A DNA stretch of 64,000 nucleotides from Macrostomum lignano. Lineage: Eukaryota. The stretch lies in the NCBI GenBank assembly GCA_002269645.1, contig NIVC01001483.1, forward strand, positions 62,001-126,000, read 5' to 3'. Below are positions 1 through 13,081 of the stretch, one piece after another (the first letter of the stretch is position 1; each line of letters begins with the position of its first letter). The notes under the pieces were generated by a model. It made no database searches. It worked only from the letters and a program-made list of their open reading frames with translations, and had not been told where the DNA came from. Made by a program: the position numbers and the translations under genes.

Positions 1-1825
1 AACTCCCCAGCCAATTAGACGCAAGCCAATCAAGTGCGCAAGACTGCATGAGCCACAAGCCTTACATGTACATTGTCTGACACTGCCCTAACCTTCGCTT
101 TATTAGCTTCCGCTTTTTTGTGGAAGATTTGCTTTTTAATAAGAATATAGAAGAAATTTATTACTTTTTTAAGTACTCGAAAAGCGCTTGCATCGGAGAG
201 AAAAACAACTGGCTACCTTGATCCACTCGTCTCGACCAAAGCTAATCAAGCAGACCAGCCGGCCTCATACTCAAAGGACTGTAACAAAGCTGATCGAGGT
301 TTAAGAGCTAAGCCAGCAGCCTGAGAATGAGAAACACAGATGACTCGCAACAAATGCTTTGAGGGGGTGATGGTTGCCCAACAATGGCACAGAGAAAAAC
401 TTCGTGAGCGCCTACCCTACCCGTTCAAACTCTTCATTGCTTTGTATTGCAGTTATATAATAAAACTAAAAACCTGTTATAAATGACAATACAAACATAG
501 ATTATTCATGTACGCTCGTAGCCATCAACGCCTTCGTCACACTAGTATCTTCAAGGGCACGTACTTCAAGAAGTCAACCAAGCCATATTAATACTCGTAC
601 GTTTGAATCCTCATAATTGGAATAAGAGATGAACAGTCCAGAAAAATTCAGCTCTCAATCAATAGTCAATAGTCTCGAACTCTGAGTTGCATGGTGCTCC
701 GCTCGCTAGTACATGTAGGCCATTATATTCATTCATTGCATGCGAGCTATGTATTTTCCTTGTTGCAAGTTTTGGTTCATATTAGTTATGTCTACGCAGG
801 GTACCCTTAACATGTCATACATAGTGTGCTCTGGCAAGCACTCTTCTGGAACTTCAAATATGCGTATGTGCCTATTCCACGTGCGTCCATTATTTTTGTA
901 CCTTTGGATAAATAAACGATCAAAAGCTCAGCAGCGAGGAAAAGCGTATATTGTAGTGCCTGTAGTAGTGTTGTAGGGGAGATCATTAGGAAACATTAGG
1001 AAAAAGGATGCTATTGAATAATCGGATTTTAGGTTGATTAACATGCAGCGCTAGATAAATAGAAAGTAAAATAGGAGTCACATAAAAAAATGTTGACAGA
1101 AAAAACTACGAACTTTTTAGCCGCTCAGCAATAACGCAGAGAAAAAATTATAATCAGACGTCGCCCTTTAAAACATATTGAATAAGACAACATTGATTTG
1201 GAAATTTCTATTCTGCATATTGCGATGCATTTTAAACTCTAAATTTAGATAAATTCACAAATATCCTGTTAAGCGCCCCGGTTAATTGTACAGCAGCCTA
1301 TATGCTTTTTGATTATCTAATAGTTTCAACCATTGTGTATGGTCCTTGGGTAAGGACATAGACTAAAACGTACCTAGAAGTGTTTAATTTGACTATTACT
1401 AAATTTTCAATACGATGGACAAAAAGTAGAACTTATGTAAGTTAGCAAGGCATGCGTCTCCTGCATGTGCCTGCACTGTTTCGGGTAATCAGATAATCAG
1501 ATAAACTGCTAAACGGGTAATCATTGCTAGAAAGCAAAAACGGCGGAAAATGGCTATAGCTAGGCAATAATAAGAGCTAGCTATAACATGCTTATTCTTT
1601 TACGAGTAACATAGGAATATCACGCAACTTATCTAAAGAAACTGAGCCAGCAACGCTATATAAGGAGACAAGAAATAATTTTACGATTTTTTTTCTGTTC
1701 GTAAAAACAAACCTAATTTCGCCTAAGAATATTTTTCCATTCGTCAAAAAATTCAATAAGGGTAATGTTTTGCATAGTATCGGATTCGCAGATTGGTTAT
1801 ATCGTCACAGGTTATCCTCCGGGAA

Positions 1826-4800
1826 TCACACCAGGAAATCATGTTCCATAAGCTCCGTTGCCGACTTTCTCTGATTACGGTTTTTGAAGGTACAGAATTT
1901 GTAAAATTCAGAGAGCTCAGCTGAGCAGCTTGTCGGTAGAGCAGGAGCGCCTTCATTTATCTTTTTTCCAATTCCAAACATGCTTTTTATGTCGTCGAAC
2001 GGTCTGATACCAGAGGCCATTTGGAAAACCGAGCAACCAAACGCCCATATGTCTGACCCTTTGCTGTACAGCGCAGAACGATTAATAGGATCGTCGGGAG
2101 CTATGAGTTCTGGCGACATGAAGGCTAACGTGCCCTTGGGCGTCGCAGAATTGTCATTGGCATGGCTGACTAAATTATCAAGTTTGATTGCCAGGCCGAA
2201 TCCAATCAGTTTAACTTTCTTGGTCTCAGAAAGTATTAATATGTTGCTGCAGTTGATATTTCTGTGGATCACTGGCTCATCCAGATTATGAATGTATTTT
2301 AGAGCACTGCAGATCTACGAATAGGAATAGTAGGAGTAACACGAAACTGTTGAATATAAAGTGAAATTAATAGGAAAAAGCAGAAAAACAATAATCTACC
2401 CAAGCACCTACAATTGAAACATCCAACTTACCTGCTTGCTAAACTTTCGAATGTACCTTTCGGCAAGCGGCTTCTTATCAATATAAGTCTCCAAAGTGAC
2501 ACCCTCCAGAAGTTCCATGAAGACAACACATGTCGCATGATCCTTCTCAGCGATGTGCAAGAATTTGACAATGTTATCATGTCGCAATCGGCACAGGTTC
2601 CTATCGCTCGTTATCGCGTTGATACTGCTTGCATTGTTTGGCTGATCGCCCTGCTGCACTTGCAGTTTCAGAGTTTTCGTAGCGCACTTGATTTGTTTGT
2701 CTGTAAGCACTTCGTGAATATCTGCGCAGCCAGCTCCTTCTCCACTAAGAAGACGAATATTTTCCCAGTCGCACAGAATTGGTGGGCTGTTAGAAAATGG
2801 TCAATGGTTTGAATGGTAAGCGGTGATGCTTCTTACTGAAAATTTTACTGGCTACATATCTAGACAGGATTATACTGGTACTATTATAATTGGATTCACT
2901 GTAGTATACTTAAAAACCAGCAATGATCATAAAGCACTCACTCAATCGTTAAAGCTTGCTACGTTTCTTTGCTTCATATACTTGTAACAGACTGTTTTAA
3001 AAGGCTGCTTTCGAACATTTAAATGCAGCTAAATTTCTTAATCTAGCAGAAAATAGGCGCTGAGCATGAGATGATCTCTACGACTCTCGAAGAGATATTT
3101 TCCTTACTGAATTATAACCTTAATATATGATTCATTTATTTATGTTAATATTATGATTTTAGTTTCAGCAGTTCATAAACTCTGCCCGATGCAGAGTTCT
3201 AGCTTCAATTTTTTATTCTCAGTGTACGAGTATACAACAACAGGACGTATTCCCTCCAGTTAAAGTTTCTTTGCCAATTCCTGCTTACCACGCCGGATTA
3301 TTGTGTCAGATTATTAAAGAGAATACGGTACTCGATGCTACAAGTACGAGCGTATTATGGAATTTTAAAACTGTACCTTTCAAAAAGAGCCAAAAACTTG
3401 TGCCCAAGAAGGTCCCCCGCCGACTTCCTGTCCTTTGGCTCTCGAGCGGTGCAGCAGTCATAGAAAGCTCGCAGCTCTGTTGAGCAGCCATTCGGGAGTC
3501 TCGGGGCGCCGTTCTTTTGCAGCTGCTCAGGAATATTGTATCTGTTGCCGCATTCGGAAAAAGGCAGCTCGCCCGAGGCCATCTGGTAGACTGAGCAGCC
3601 GAACGCCCAAATGTCCGACGATTTGCTGTAGTGTGGATTGCTCGAATCATCTTTACCCCCCAGCAGCTCTGGTGCCATGAATGGCATAGTGCCTTTGGGT
3701 TCCGGATTGGAAGCAGAGATGTGGCTTACTGACTGCTCAAGCTTGATTGAGAGGCCAAAATCAACCAGTTTAATTCGCGTTTTGTCAGCGAGAACAACAA
3801 TATTTCTGCAGTTGATGTCTCTGTGGATCAGGGGTGGCTCTTGGCTGTGAATGTACGCCAGAGCGCTGCAGATCTGAGAAATCGTTCAGAGAGTGAGCTG
3901 CGGCATGCCAATGAGTCGTTAACATTATTTACTTACAGTATTATAAAATTATAGGATAACGGTCTGACCTGTGTGCTGAACAGCCCGATGGTCTCTTCAT
4001 CCAGTTTCGATGACTTAGTAATAAATGTATCCAAGGAGCAGCCATCAAGAAGCTCCATGAACAAGACAACTGTCGCTGGCTCTGGCTGACAAATGTACAG
4101 ATATTTGACAATGTTGTCATGCTGCAGTTCGCATAGGTTTTTCTCGGCATTGAGAGATCTGTCAATTTTTTTACGCACTTCGGCTGGCTCATCTGCATTG
4201 AGCTGCATTGGCAGTGCAATAGTTTTTGTAGCACATCTGATGCCAATGTCGGTCAGCACCTCGTGAACGGTACCAGAGGCACCTCGGCCAAGAGTGCGGA
4301 TTTTGTTCCAGTCGTTATCAAACAGGTGGCTGCCCGACCTAAGATTTGGTGAATTTTTATTCGCTTCATGTTCAATTTTCAAAGTTTTTTTTGTTCAGCA
4401 TTTTCAAAACCAGTTTACTGACAGCTCATTCAAGTCGAATGGACCCCATGGGCAGTAAAATGGCTATCTGCTCATTTTTGTGTAGTATGATATTTGAATA
4501 GGATGAAAATATTATCTTTAAAACAAAATTATTGAAACCAAGGGTAAATATTATGTAGTGTTTTGCTGTCACCTGTCACAGTCGTCGCAAAGGAAGTCAC
4601 AAATTCAAATTCACAGTCTATATTATTTTTGCATCGGCTATACCTCATATTCAAACAGTGACTCACCTCGAGCGAGTGCGGCCAGCCGGATTTGTTTCTC
4701 TATGATCCGCCTGACTTACTCGTAGCTCTTGAACTTCCTTCAGCAAAATATTCATCACTTTGGAATGACCTTCGTCGGCAGCGCGTTTCGCTGCTCTCAG

Positions 4801-4947
4801 ACACATCGCGCTTTTATCTACTTCGATCTTTTTGACAAGATACTTTACCACTTCCAAGTTACCATCGGCTGCTGCGGATTCTAAGAAATGCGAGTCAGTG
4901 TTTGTACTTGCAGTAGCACCTGCATTAGCACCATCCGTTTCGCTCAT
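1826..4947 (-). CDS. Spliced gene, copy A: ankyrin-like exon + STE/MAP3K-like Ser/Thr kinase + pseudokinase (~663 aa)
   Basis: Exons 4947-4667, 4338-3969, 3873-3377, 2786-2432 and 2314-1826 have GT-AG ends and join in frame (phases 2,0,2,0). Kinase 1 has GRGASG, CATK, HRD, DFG, APE and SDIWAFG. Kinase 2 has a degenerate Gly loop, HRN and GFG. Further 5' exons are possible. Confidence 0.75.
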
Positions 4948-5318
4948 TTTCAGCGTTGTTTTCTTTAGATGATCGTGCTCAGGCCTCGCTCGTTCAAACG
5001 TCTTATTCCTAAAATTGAACACGAACTTGAACTTAAATCCAATTTCTCACTTGGATTTGCTATATCGATTGGTTTTTTAGTCGAATGTCCGCTTTTTTGT
5101 TAAACGTATGCAAAGTTATTGAAAATATGCACATATACCTATTTGTGCATATACTCCGACAGGCGGGCCACATGCAAGCCTGAAGCCCAATTATCCCACC
5201 CTCGGGTCCTTTGAAACTTCACAATAGCAATCTAGCCCGCTCATTAAGATTTGCCTCTTTTCAACTGTCTTCTTTCCCAGCTTTTTCCCATTTCCCATTT
5301 CACTTCCTCAGCTCTCCT

Positions 5319-6736
5319 ACTACTAAGGGATTCCGTATCCGTCGATTTTGGAGGTGAGGTGGGTGTCAAAATTGGCTGGCGCCCCCCAAGAACCAATCGC
5401 CTGCGGTGATCGATACGCGTATCGATAACGGCGCCCGCGCGCCGCAGGCGCCAAGCGCCGTGCAGGCGCCCCGATATGTACACCCTCCCGATATGTACAC
5501 CCTCCCGATATGTACACCCTCCCGATATGTACACCCTCCCGATATGTACACCCTCCCGATATGTACACCCTCCCGATATGTACACCCTCCCGATATGTAT
5601 GCGCCCCGATATAAGTAGTCATCGATATGAACTTATTGATTTTGTAGTCATCGATACGTACCCTCGCAGGCACCGTCTACCTCTCTCTACCTCTTACCCT
5701 ACCCCTCACCTGGCCTCTCTCCCTCTCTCACCCACATCTCAACTAGAGGAATCGAACCTAGGCCATACCCATACAAAAGCAAATACGGTAACCACTAGGC
5801 CAATACACGGTGGGTATAGGGATCAAGAAGAGGTTTTTAACCCTGTAGAGTGAGTGCGCCGAGGCAGGGGCAGAGAGCAGCCACCCCGTCCACCCGGCTT
5901 GTGTGGCCAGCAGCAGGAAGTGGGGGCAGAGTGGGACAGAGGCAGCCCCGGCATGTTGCAGCAGGAGGCATGGACGGCGACAGAGTGTATATGTGTGTAT
6001 ATAAGTCACCCACCCCCGCGGAGAAGAACCGTACAGAGGACAGAGAGCTCCCCCTGTTGCAGGCCAGGGACAGAGAGGCAGACAGGGTATGCGGGTTAAA
6101 GGGGCGTGCGAACAGTCAGGGAGCCACGCGAGGATAGAGTGGAGGAGCAGAGATGTGTATGGGCAGAGAGCCGGCCACGCGAGGGCGGTGTGAGGGAACA
6201 GAGAGAAATATGGAGCAGGACAGGAGGGAGATGCCCCTGCCTCCGCGGACTCACTGTACAGGGCTGCGTCAGCATCGGGGTTAAAACCTCTTCTCGCTTC
6301 CTATACCAAACCGTGTAGTGGCCTAGTGGCTACCATATTCGCTTTTGTATGGGTATGGCCTAGGTTCGATTCCTCTAGTTGAGATGTGGGTGAGAGAGGG
6401 AGAGAGGCCAGGTGAGGGGTAGGGTGAGAGGTAGAGAGAGGTAGACGGTTCCTGCGGGGTACGTATCACTGACTACAAAATCAATACGTACATATATATG
6501 ACTACATATCGGGGCGCATACATATCGGGAGGGTATACATATCGGGGCGCATACATATCGGGAGGGTGTACATATCGGGGCGCCTGCGGCGCGCGGGCGC
6601 CGATATCGATACGCGTATCGATCACCGCAGGCGATCGGTTCTTGGGGGAGGCGCCAGCCAATGAGAGGCGAGGAGCTAGCTAGGGTTGACACCCACCTCA
6701 CCCTCAAAATCGACAGATACGGAATCCCTTAGTAGT
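5319..6736. mobile_element. Non-autonomous mini-Polinton (fold-back element, ~460-525 bp TIRs)
   Basis: Termini ACTACTAAGGG...CCCTTAGTAGT. 6-bp TSD TCTCCT at 5313-5318 and 6737-6742. Arms ~5319-5845 and ~6277-6736 are inverted repeats around a ~430-bp spacer. No credible ORF. Confidence 0.85.
5470..5588 (+). repeat. 17-nt tandem repeat (CCCGATATGTACACCCT) x7 in the left TIR of the mini-element
   Basis: Direct count. The right arm (~6505-6580) has fewer, variant copies. Confidence 0.9.
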
Positions 6737-8639
6737 TCTCCTTTTACTCTCTTCTCATCTCTCTCGCGTTTTCATTCTCCTCACAATTCTCTCATGCCCT
6801 CTTTTCTCTTTGCTCTCTACTCTTTTTGTCCCTTCCTAACATTGTATTTCATCTGGCCCGTAGCCATGAGCTGGATTCTTTATCTGGTCCTTGAGGTAAA
6901 ATGTTTGTCGATCCCCTACTGGTGTAGATTCCAAGAGTTTTTGGTAAGATCAGTGTGCCCGTCACATTCCGTTAGTTCTTACTCGTAGTCCCACTTCATA
7001 CGCTTTTATTACCTAGATTCGAAACCCGACGGGCAAGCAATTTCACATATAATCCTTTATTGTCAACTAAATTAATATACATGTAAACATGTACATGTAA
7101 AAACTTCTTTCATAGCCTGTATTATAAAATTTAAGGCTAATACAGTTTAGTTGGGGGGGGGGGAGGGATAAAAACACTGACAGCTTTTCGGCGTAGCGGA
7201 GAGACACTACAGATTGCAGGTGATAAATTTCAATATTACATGTTATTGTTCTGTAAATGTATGTACAACAAATTACGCAGTGTGGAAGGCCCCATTAACT
7301 GAATTCAAGAGGGCTGCGAGTTAAAAAATTATACCTCAATCATAAAAGACGAATTATTTTTGGTAGAACAGCACGCTTGATAATGAGAAGTAAAAGAAAG
7401 GAGATTGCGAGCATTTTCATAAAGTAGAATTCTGGTAGAACAGCCATATGAAAATGCTCGCAATTATTTTTGGCTTACCGAGCGTAAGCACCAACGGACT
7501 ACTGGATTGAAAAACAGTGAAGATCCGCAAACGATTATAGGGAATGCTCGTATAGATGCAGATTCCAAAAGCAAGAGTTTATTAGACAACTTAACAGATC
7601 GCCACTGCAGAAGTGCTGCTATGCAGTTTTCTTTCATACGAAATGAGGTTGCGTGGGCTTGTCTTCAAATTCTGTCAGACTGTAGCTGAGAGTACATAGG
7701 TAGTTAGTTGTACAATCGCTCTGTCTAATCTACAAAAGGCTAATTATGTACTGAATGCTATGTACGCATACGGGGAGAGTTAACGCACTGTACTGAGACC
7801 CCATAGCGTACTGAGGGAACAAATTCCTACTAAAAAGGAACTATCTCTGTGAACAGAAACATTTCGTAAGTAGTGCGACGTGGTCTAGACTGAAAATGTC
7901 TGCCCTATCAAAGACGGAAAATGAAGCATTTATTGCAGTGGCAGTACAGCAAGGTTTAAAGCAGAGTACAAAATGGTTATCTAGATAGAAAAAACGAAAG
8001 AAAATGTATAGCACTACGCAAATTTGGACTTAAACGCGGTAGGTAGTGTCTGTCTATGTGGGTCTGGGACGATCGCACTCCGCAATCCTACCGTCCTCTG
8101 TCTGGCCGTACAGTCATCACTGTATGGCCAATGCACGCACACGTGTCTGCGCCCCCCCCCCTCTCCTCTACAAGCAGAGCTGGCCCAGGGACTTCTCTAT
8201 ATAGCATCTGGACTGGAAGCTCCCCACCCGCATATAACTTACAGTTGCAAAAGCCTTCCCAAAATAGCTTAGATCCTATAGTTACATCGGCCATCTTAGT
8301 TAGCTGCATGGCCATTATGCATTTACATTGCTATAAAAATCATGAGCATAATAAAAATTCATTCAGAATGATTTAGATTTCTTTTTGTAAAAAGAAATGC
8401 TCACAAATTAGCAGCTACTACAGCAGAAGACTTTCCGGAAAGCTTGGCGATCTTTCGCTTTCCTGCCCGATCACTATTGGAAACGTCTTTCACTAAATTT
8501 TTCATCATGCAATTAAAGAATGCCTTCAACAGTCCGGTCTTGACGACGTCGTGTCCTTTTGTGCATACAGGTGGTCAGATGTGCAAAGCACTCCAGAAAC
8601 CTGGCGTCGTCTGTCATTTCGTCAACGGGTCTATGAAAT

Positions 8640-8795
8640 TTGCTTGCGATAAGTTTGCTTGCGGAATTTTGCTTGCCGAAGTTTGCTTGCCGAGCTTTAT
8701 TTTGCTTGTCGAACTTTCTTTGCCGAAGTTTACTTGCCGAAGTTTGCTTGCAGGAAATTTGCTTGCCAAGGTTTGCCAGCCAAAGTTTTCTTGCG
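8640..8795. repeat. Degenerate short repeats (TTTGCTTGCCGAAG-like), with inverted copies near 9412-9450
   Basis: Visible repeated motif; possibly subterminal repeats of a decayed DNA transposon. Termini not found. Confidence 0.5.
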
Positions 8796-8941
8796 GAACC
8801 TTGAAGAACCTATTTTTGAGCTCTTGTATTTCTAATTTTTATTTCTAAGATTCATGGAAGTCGCCTCTGCTATAGTGTTATGATTTTGTATGAGGATATG
8901 GCGGATTATTAAATTTTATGTACCAATTATGTTATTATAGT

Positions 8942-8999
8942 ATATACCAAGGACTACTTAACAACTCACTTAAGAGTTGTTAAGTAGTCCTTGGTATAT
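8942..8999. repeat. Perfect 26-bp inverted repeat with 6-nt loop
   Basis: ATATACCAAGGACTACTTAACAACTC (8942-8967) pairs exactly with 8974-8999. Confidence 0.9.
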
Positions 9000-11165
9000 G
9001 CATTATTATACATTAGCATCACTACAATTATCATACCTGCTCAATCGTGCTTAAATCAGTAGCTACAAAGGTTTACACTGTTACCGATCCCTATCTTCTT
9101 ACCTATACTAAATATCTAATCATTCTGTACGAGTATACTAAATTCTCCGAGTGAAACTCAATAAGCCTAGTTTGAAAGCTTACTGTCAAGTCAGTTTACG
9201 TTGACGCTGATAAGGAATCCGTTTGCAAAGCATCTGTAGTATGTAATATTTGACTGACAACTTCGCAAACAATCAAAACAAGCAAGCAAACAAGAAAATA
9301 TTTTACCTTGCAATTATGATTGTAATTGCCTTGCAACTGTGATTGCGAGTTTCTATGAAGCAGACAGGGACTACTCAAACATTTTTTTGATGTTTGAGCA
9401 GACATCAAAATTCCGCAAGCAAAGTTCGGCAGGAAAAGTTCGGCAGGAAAAGTGATAGCAACATAATTTATACCGTTTCTAAAAGCTAATATGCATGTAT
9501 GTCCCGGCATGGGCCCCGACCCCCTCTATAGGGTTTAGAAATTAAGCCAGAACAATTAGAAATGGGCATAGGCTGAGCCTATAATAGTGCAAGCAGCGCA
9601 TGGCAAAGCTACAGCAGCTCCCAACAATTTCTGGCAGAGATCAAAGGCGAGACGGCAATTTGACCTGGACGGTTGACAGGCGGTGACGGCCGGCCGGAGA
9701 ATTCTTAATGAGCCCGGCGCGGAGGCCGCTCCTGGAGAGGAGCTGCGGGCAGGCCCGGGACCGACGCCCAACCCCGACTGGCGTGGCAACCGAGGGGTGG
9801 ATGCGTGGGCCGGCCCGCACAGAAGGACAGTGAACTGAGCTCCCCCCAGATGCTCTAACGCAACCAGAGCAATCCGCTAAGTCTAACCATCTAGCCCTCG
9901 CCCCCGTAGTTATGGGCATGTCTAGTGCTGTTTAATTACATGCGCTGTGCTGTGTAAACCTCGCCGTCGTTAGGAAAGCGGTTCCCCACCTCATCGGCGG
10001 GAGGGGATGAAATTGTAGAGCTCATAAAAATATACGCAAACTGCAAGCCCAGAGAGACACTTAATTTCTCCACTTATTGGCCTCTCGGCTTCTGGGCTGG
10101 TTTTAGATTTAGAAATGTATTGCAATAATATTAAAGAAAAGCAACTCCCGGCCCGGTCTTGTCATTTGCTCCACCGCTGTTGGATGGCAGAAGATAGTTT
10201 CGGTGCTTGAACATTAAAAAACCTTGCGCAATACCTTCACAGTTTCTCCGCCTCCCCAACCATAGCAGAGGAAGAGAAGGGTTAGGGGTAGAGGGTGAAT
10301 TGAAGTGCAATCAGGATGCTGTGCCAGAATAATTCATTTGGGATTCGTATTCAAGATGTTCTCAAGTTTTCTTGCAACTGCAATTTAAGATGCCAAGAGG
10401 AGTAACTAGTTTTATAGCTAGAGTAGCTACTAGAGTTTAACTAAAATTGCAACTAGTTTTAAGATGCCTGCGAGCACGGGATACAGTTGAATCTGCATAC
10501 ATGTACGCGGCATTTCTTGCCCGTGCATGCTATTGAGCTCATGTTGATTTAAAAATGGAACGAAACAACCCCAAAGAATTATTGCAGATCAGTCGGGTAT
10601 TTCAATTAACTTGGATTATAATTAGCTTCCAGTGAGAATTAGTTGGTGCACTTACAAATTACGCATGGACATGTAAAAGCCCTACTATTTAATGGAATAA
10701 ATTATATGGAATCATTTTTAGGTTTTGGGTTTTAACATTTTGGTAATAATTATGCTTTGATGCTTTGATGACAACGACAAAAATAAACATTCAATGACTA
10801 TTTGTCATTGGGTCAAGATCAGACCCTTGGCTGGGCCTTTGGCTTTGGTGATCTAGTAGTTCTTGTGACGTTGTCATTTACAGTGCAGTTGGGTAATTTA
10901 ATGTACGCCAGAGCGCTGCAGATCTGAGAAATGGTTCAGAAAGTGAGCTGCGGCATGCCAATGAGTCGTTAACATTATTTGCTTACAGTATTATAAAATT
11001 ATACAATACCGGTCTGACCTGTGTGCTGAACAGCCCGATGGTCTCTTCATCCAGTTTCGATGACTTAGTAATAAATGTATCCAAGGAGCAGCCATCAAGA
11101 AGCTCCATGAACAAGACAACTGTGGCTGGCTCTGGCTGATAAATGTACAGATACTTGACAATGTT

Positions 11166-11785
11166 ACTACGTATCGTGCAGTTAGAGCCGGGTTTTGGAG
11201 GTGAGGTGGGTGTCAGAGCCAATGCAAATTCAGCGCCTATCTAAATACATTAGACCGATTCTAATTGGTCCAGAGTCATTATCTGAGATATGCATGTAAC
11301 TCTCATGTAAATCTAATTATACATGTAAATCAGTGTACATTCCCAATTGTGTCGTACAGAAGCGACGACCAGTACAATATAGTACGCATAATTAGCGCTC
11401 CGCAGTTGTTGTACGCAGAAACGCGCGCGCCCCCAGCCCCGCACAATGCAGCATTGGTGTAGCGCAGAATTAACTGTCCATATTAACTGTCCATATACCA
11501 AAAATTGGCAGAATTAACGCGCGCCGACCCACCCCATAACTGTCCATATTATTACTTGTCCATATTTACTGTCCATCCCAAAAATTGGCAGAATTGTAGC
11601 GTCCGCCCACCCCATAGCTGTTCGATCAAACCCAAACTTCGTGTACGCACAGAATTGTAGCGCCCACCCATCCAAGAAAATATTCTGTCGCCTCCCACAA
11701 TTAATTGGCGGCCCCACGCGGAGGCATGATGAGTCAGTCAGCCGCTGTAAATCGCCGCTATCCACCCCTCTGCTGCAGCCTGTTA
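11166..11785. repeat. Left TIR of the Polinton-like element
   Basis: Reverse complement of ~20785-21294, with many small indels and an extra ~80-bp internal duplication. Confidence 0.85.
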
Positions 11786-11939
11786 TATCCACTCACACCA
11801 TACTCCATCCCTCTAGAATTCTGTCCTCCGTAGCCACTCCGGGGCAATTACGTCATACCCAACCCCTCTCCCAAATAAGTTTTCAAAAGGCGTATATATA
11901 TTTACACAAAAAGCCGGCCGAGCTTTGATACGTATATAT

Positions 11940-12569
11940 TTATTTAGCATACACAATTGGGTGACGACCCAAAATGTTTGAATAATAGCGAGCAGGAGCA
12001 TTTTGCAAACAGTTTACAATCAAGTATGAGTAGGGGTCGCGAGTAGCATCCTCATACGTTTTGACAAAACTTTTTGGATTAGTGGGGACCAGCTGCCTTG
12101 CAATATGAGACACTGTGCTGGCATCCCGTACATTGCGGAATAAAACAAGGTAGTTCGAATTGAGCGACTGAGTTCGGTGCTCCTTACCCTTTGCAAACAG
12201 GTTTTGCACAAGATACCAAAGTCGGAACCCCACGTGGGAGACTTTGCGCGTGAAAAAAGTTGTAAAAGCGCCACTCTTTTCCATGGCATGCATTTGGTCG
12301 TCGACGACAAGCAGAATATTTGGTTCAGGGACATATTGTTCAGGATCACATGTACACGAACGAAAATTTACAGGGTACGGCAATTCAAACAGTTCAGGAT
12401 CCGGATAGTGGCCAAACCAGTCTACGCGAATCGGCTTCGGATCTTGAAAAAATTCTTGTCTCAATAGGTTTTTCACAAGTGTGGTCTTGCCGCTTTGAGC
12501 CACCCCAGCAAAAATTGCAGACGTTTTGGGGGCAAATTTTAAAGAGTCGGGGTCTATTGTTTGATACAT
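11940..12569 (-). CDS. A32/FtsK-HerA-type genome packaging ATPase
   Basis: Walker A GVAQSGKT, Walker B LLVVDD, and QNLF..RTQSLNSNYLVLFRN motif typical of Polinton ATPases. ATG at 12569. Confidence 0.85.
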   Translation of the reverse strand: MYQTIDPDSLKFAPKTSAIFAGVAQSGKTTLVKNLLRQEFFQDPKPIRVDWFGHYPDPELFELPYPVNFRSCTCDPEQYVPEPNILLVVDDQMHAMEKSGAFTTFFTRKVSHVGFRLWYLVQNLFAKGKEHRTQSLNSNYLVLFRNVRDASTVSHIARQLVPTNPKSFVKTYEDATRDPYSYLIVNCLQNAPARYYSNILGRHPIVYAK

Positions 12570-12592
12570 TTTGATAGGCCGCCCAATCATAT

Positions 12593-13042
12593 TTATGGAT
12601 GATGCTGCTTTATTTGTAGACAGTGATTCTGCACCATCAAGTCGTTCTCGTAAAGATTTGTGCTATAACAGTCACGCAATATTTTTTCAATTGACAGACC
12701 CTCCAAAAAGTGTTTTTCAGCCACAAATATTACATGAGCCCCGCAGGTCACACTCAGCGGATGCTGTACAGGATGCCGATTCATGGCCACCTCCACAGGG
12801 ACATACTTTGCGATCCACAACTTTAATAAATCTGGCACAGGATCGATACACAAGGGGTCAAAAAATGTCACGCTCTCATCGGCATGAAGACAAATTAAAG
12901 CCCAGTGAGTGCCCGGTAGATTGCCAGTGTCAAAGTTAATCACGTATGCAGCAGGATAAACAGGCTGCGGAATCCTGTCAACGGGTGTTACTCGAACAGG
13001 GACAGGTAGTATTAGACGTTCTAATATATCTAGACTATTCAT
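12593..13042 (-). CDS. Adenain-like capsid maturation cysteine protease
   Basis: GTHW, FFDP and Q..TCG catalytic motifs. Confidence 0.85.
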   Translation of the reverse strand: MNSLDILERLILPVPVRVTPVDRIPQPVYPAAYVINFDTGNLPGTHWALICLHADESVTFFDPLCIDPVPDLLKLWIAKYVPVEVAMNRHPVQHPLSVTCGAHVIFVAEKHFLEGLSIEKILRDCYSTNLYENDLMVQNHCLQIKQHHP

Positions 13043-13081
13043 ATCGGCATGAATATGGCCGTTATTTGAGAATTTTTGTTT

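Larger units (their letters stand above)
5160..6917 (-). mobile_element. hAT-like MITE with internal purine tract, split by the mini-Polinton
   Basis: 5160-5240 and 6840-6917 match, in reverse complement, the two ends of the element at 24320-24717. The CT-rich middle is interrupted at 5319-6736. Confidence 0.55.

Noticed and set aside
5244-6707. Many overlapping ORFs in the mini-element
   Set aside because: Translations of the 17-nt repeat and TIRs on both strands; no domain motifs.
9500-10300. GC-rich island (similar in character to 61700-62480) as a gene or element
   Set aside because: No termini, splice pattern or protein motif that I can support.
10855-10860. AGTAGT as the end of another mini-Polinton
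   Set aside because: No inner motif at the 27-nt offset and no matching left end or TSD found.
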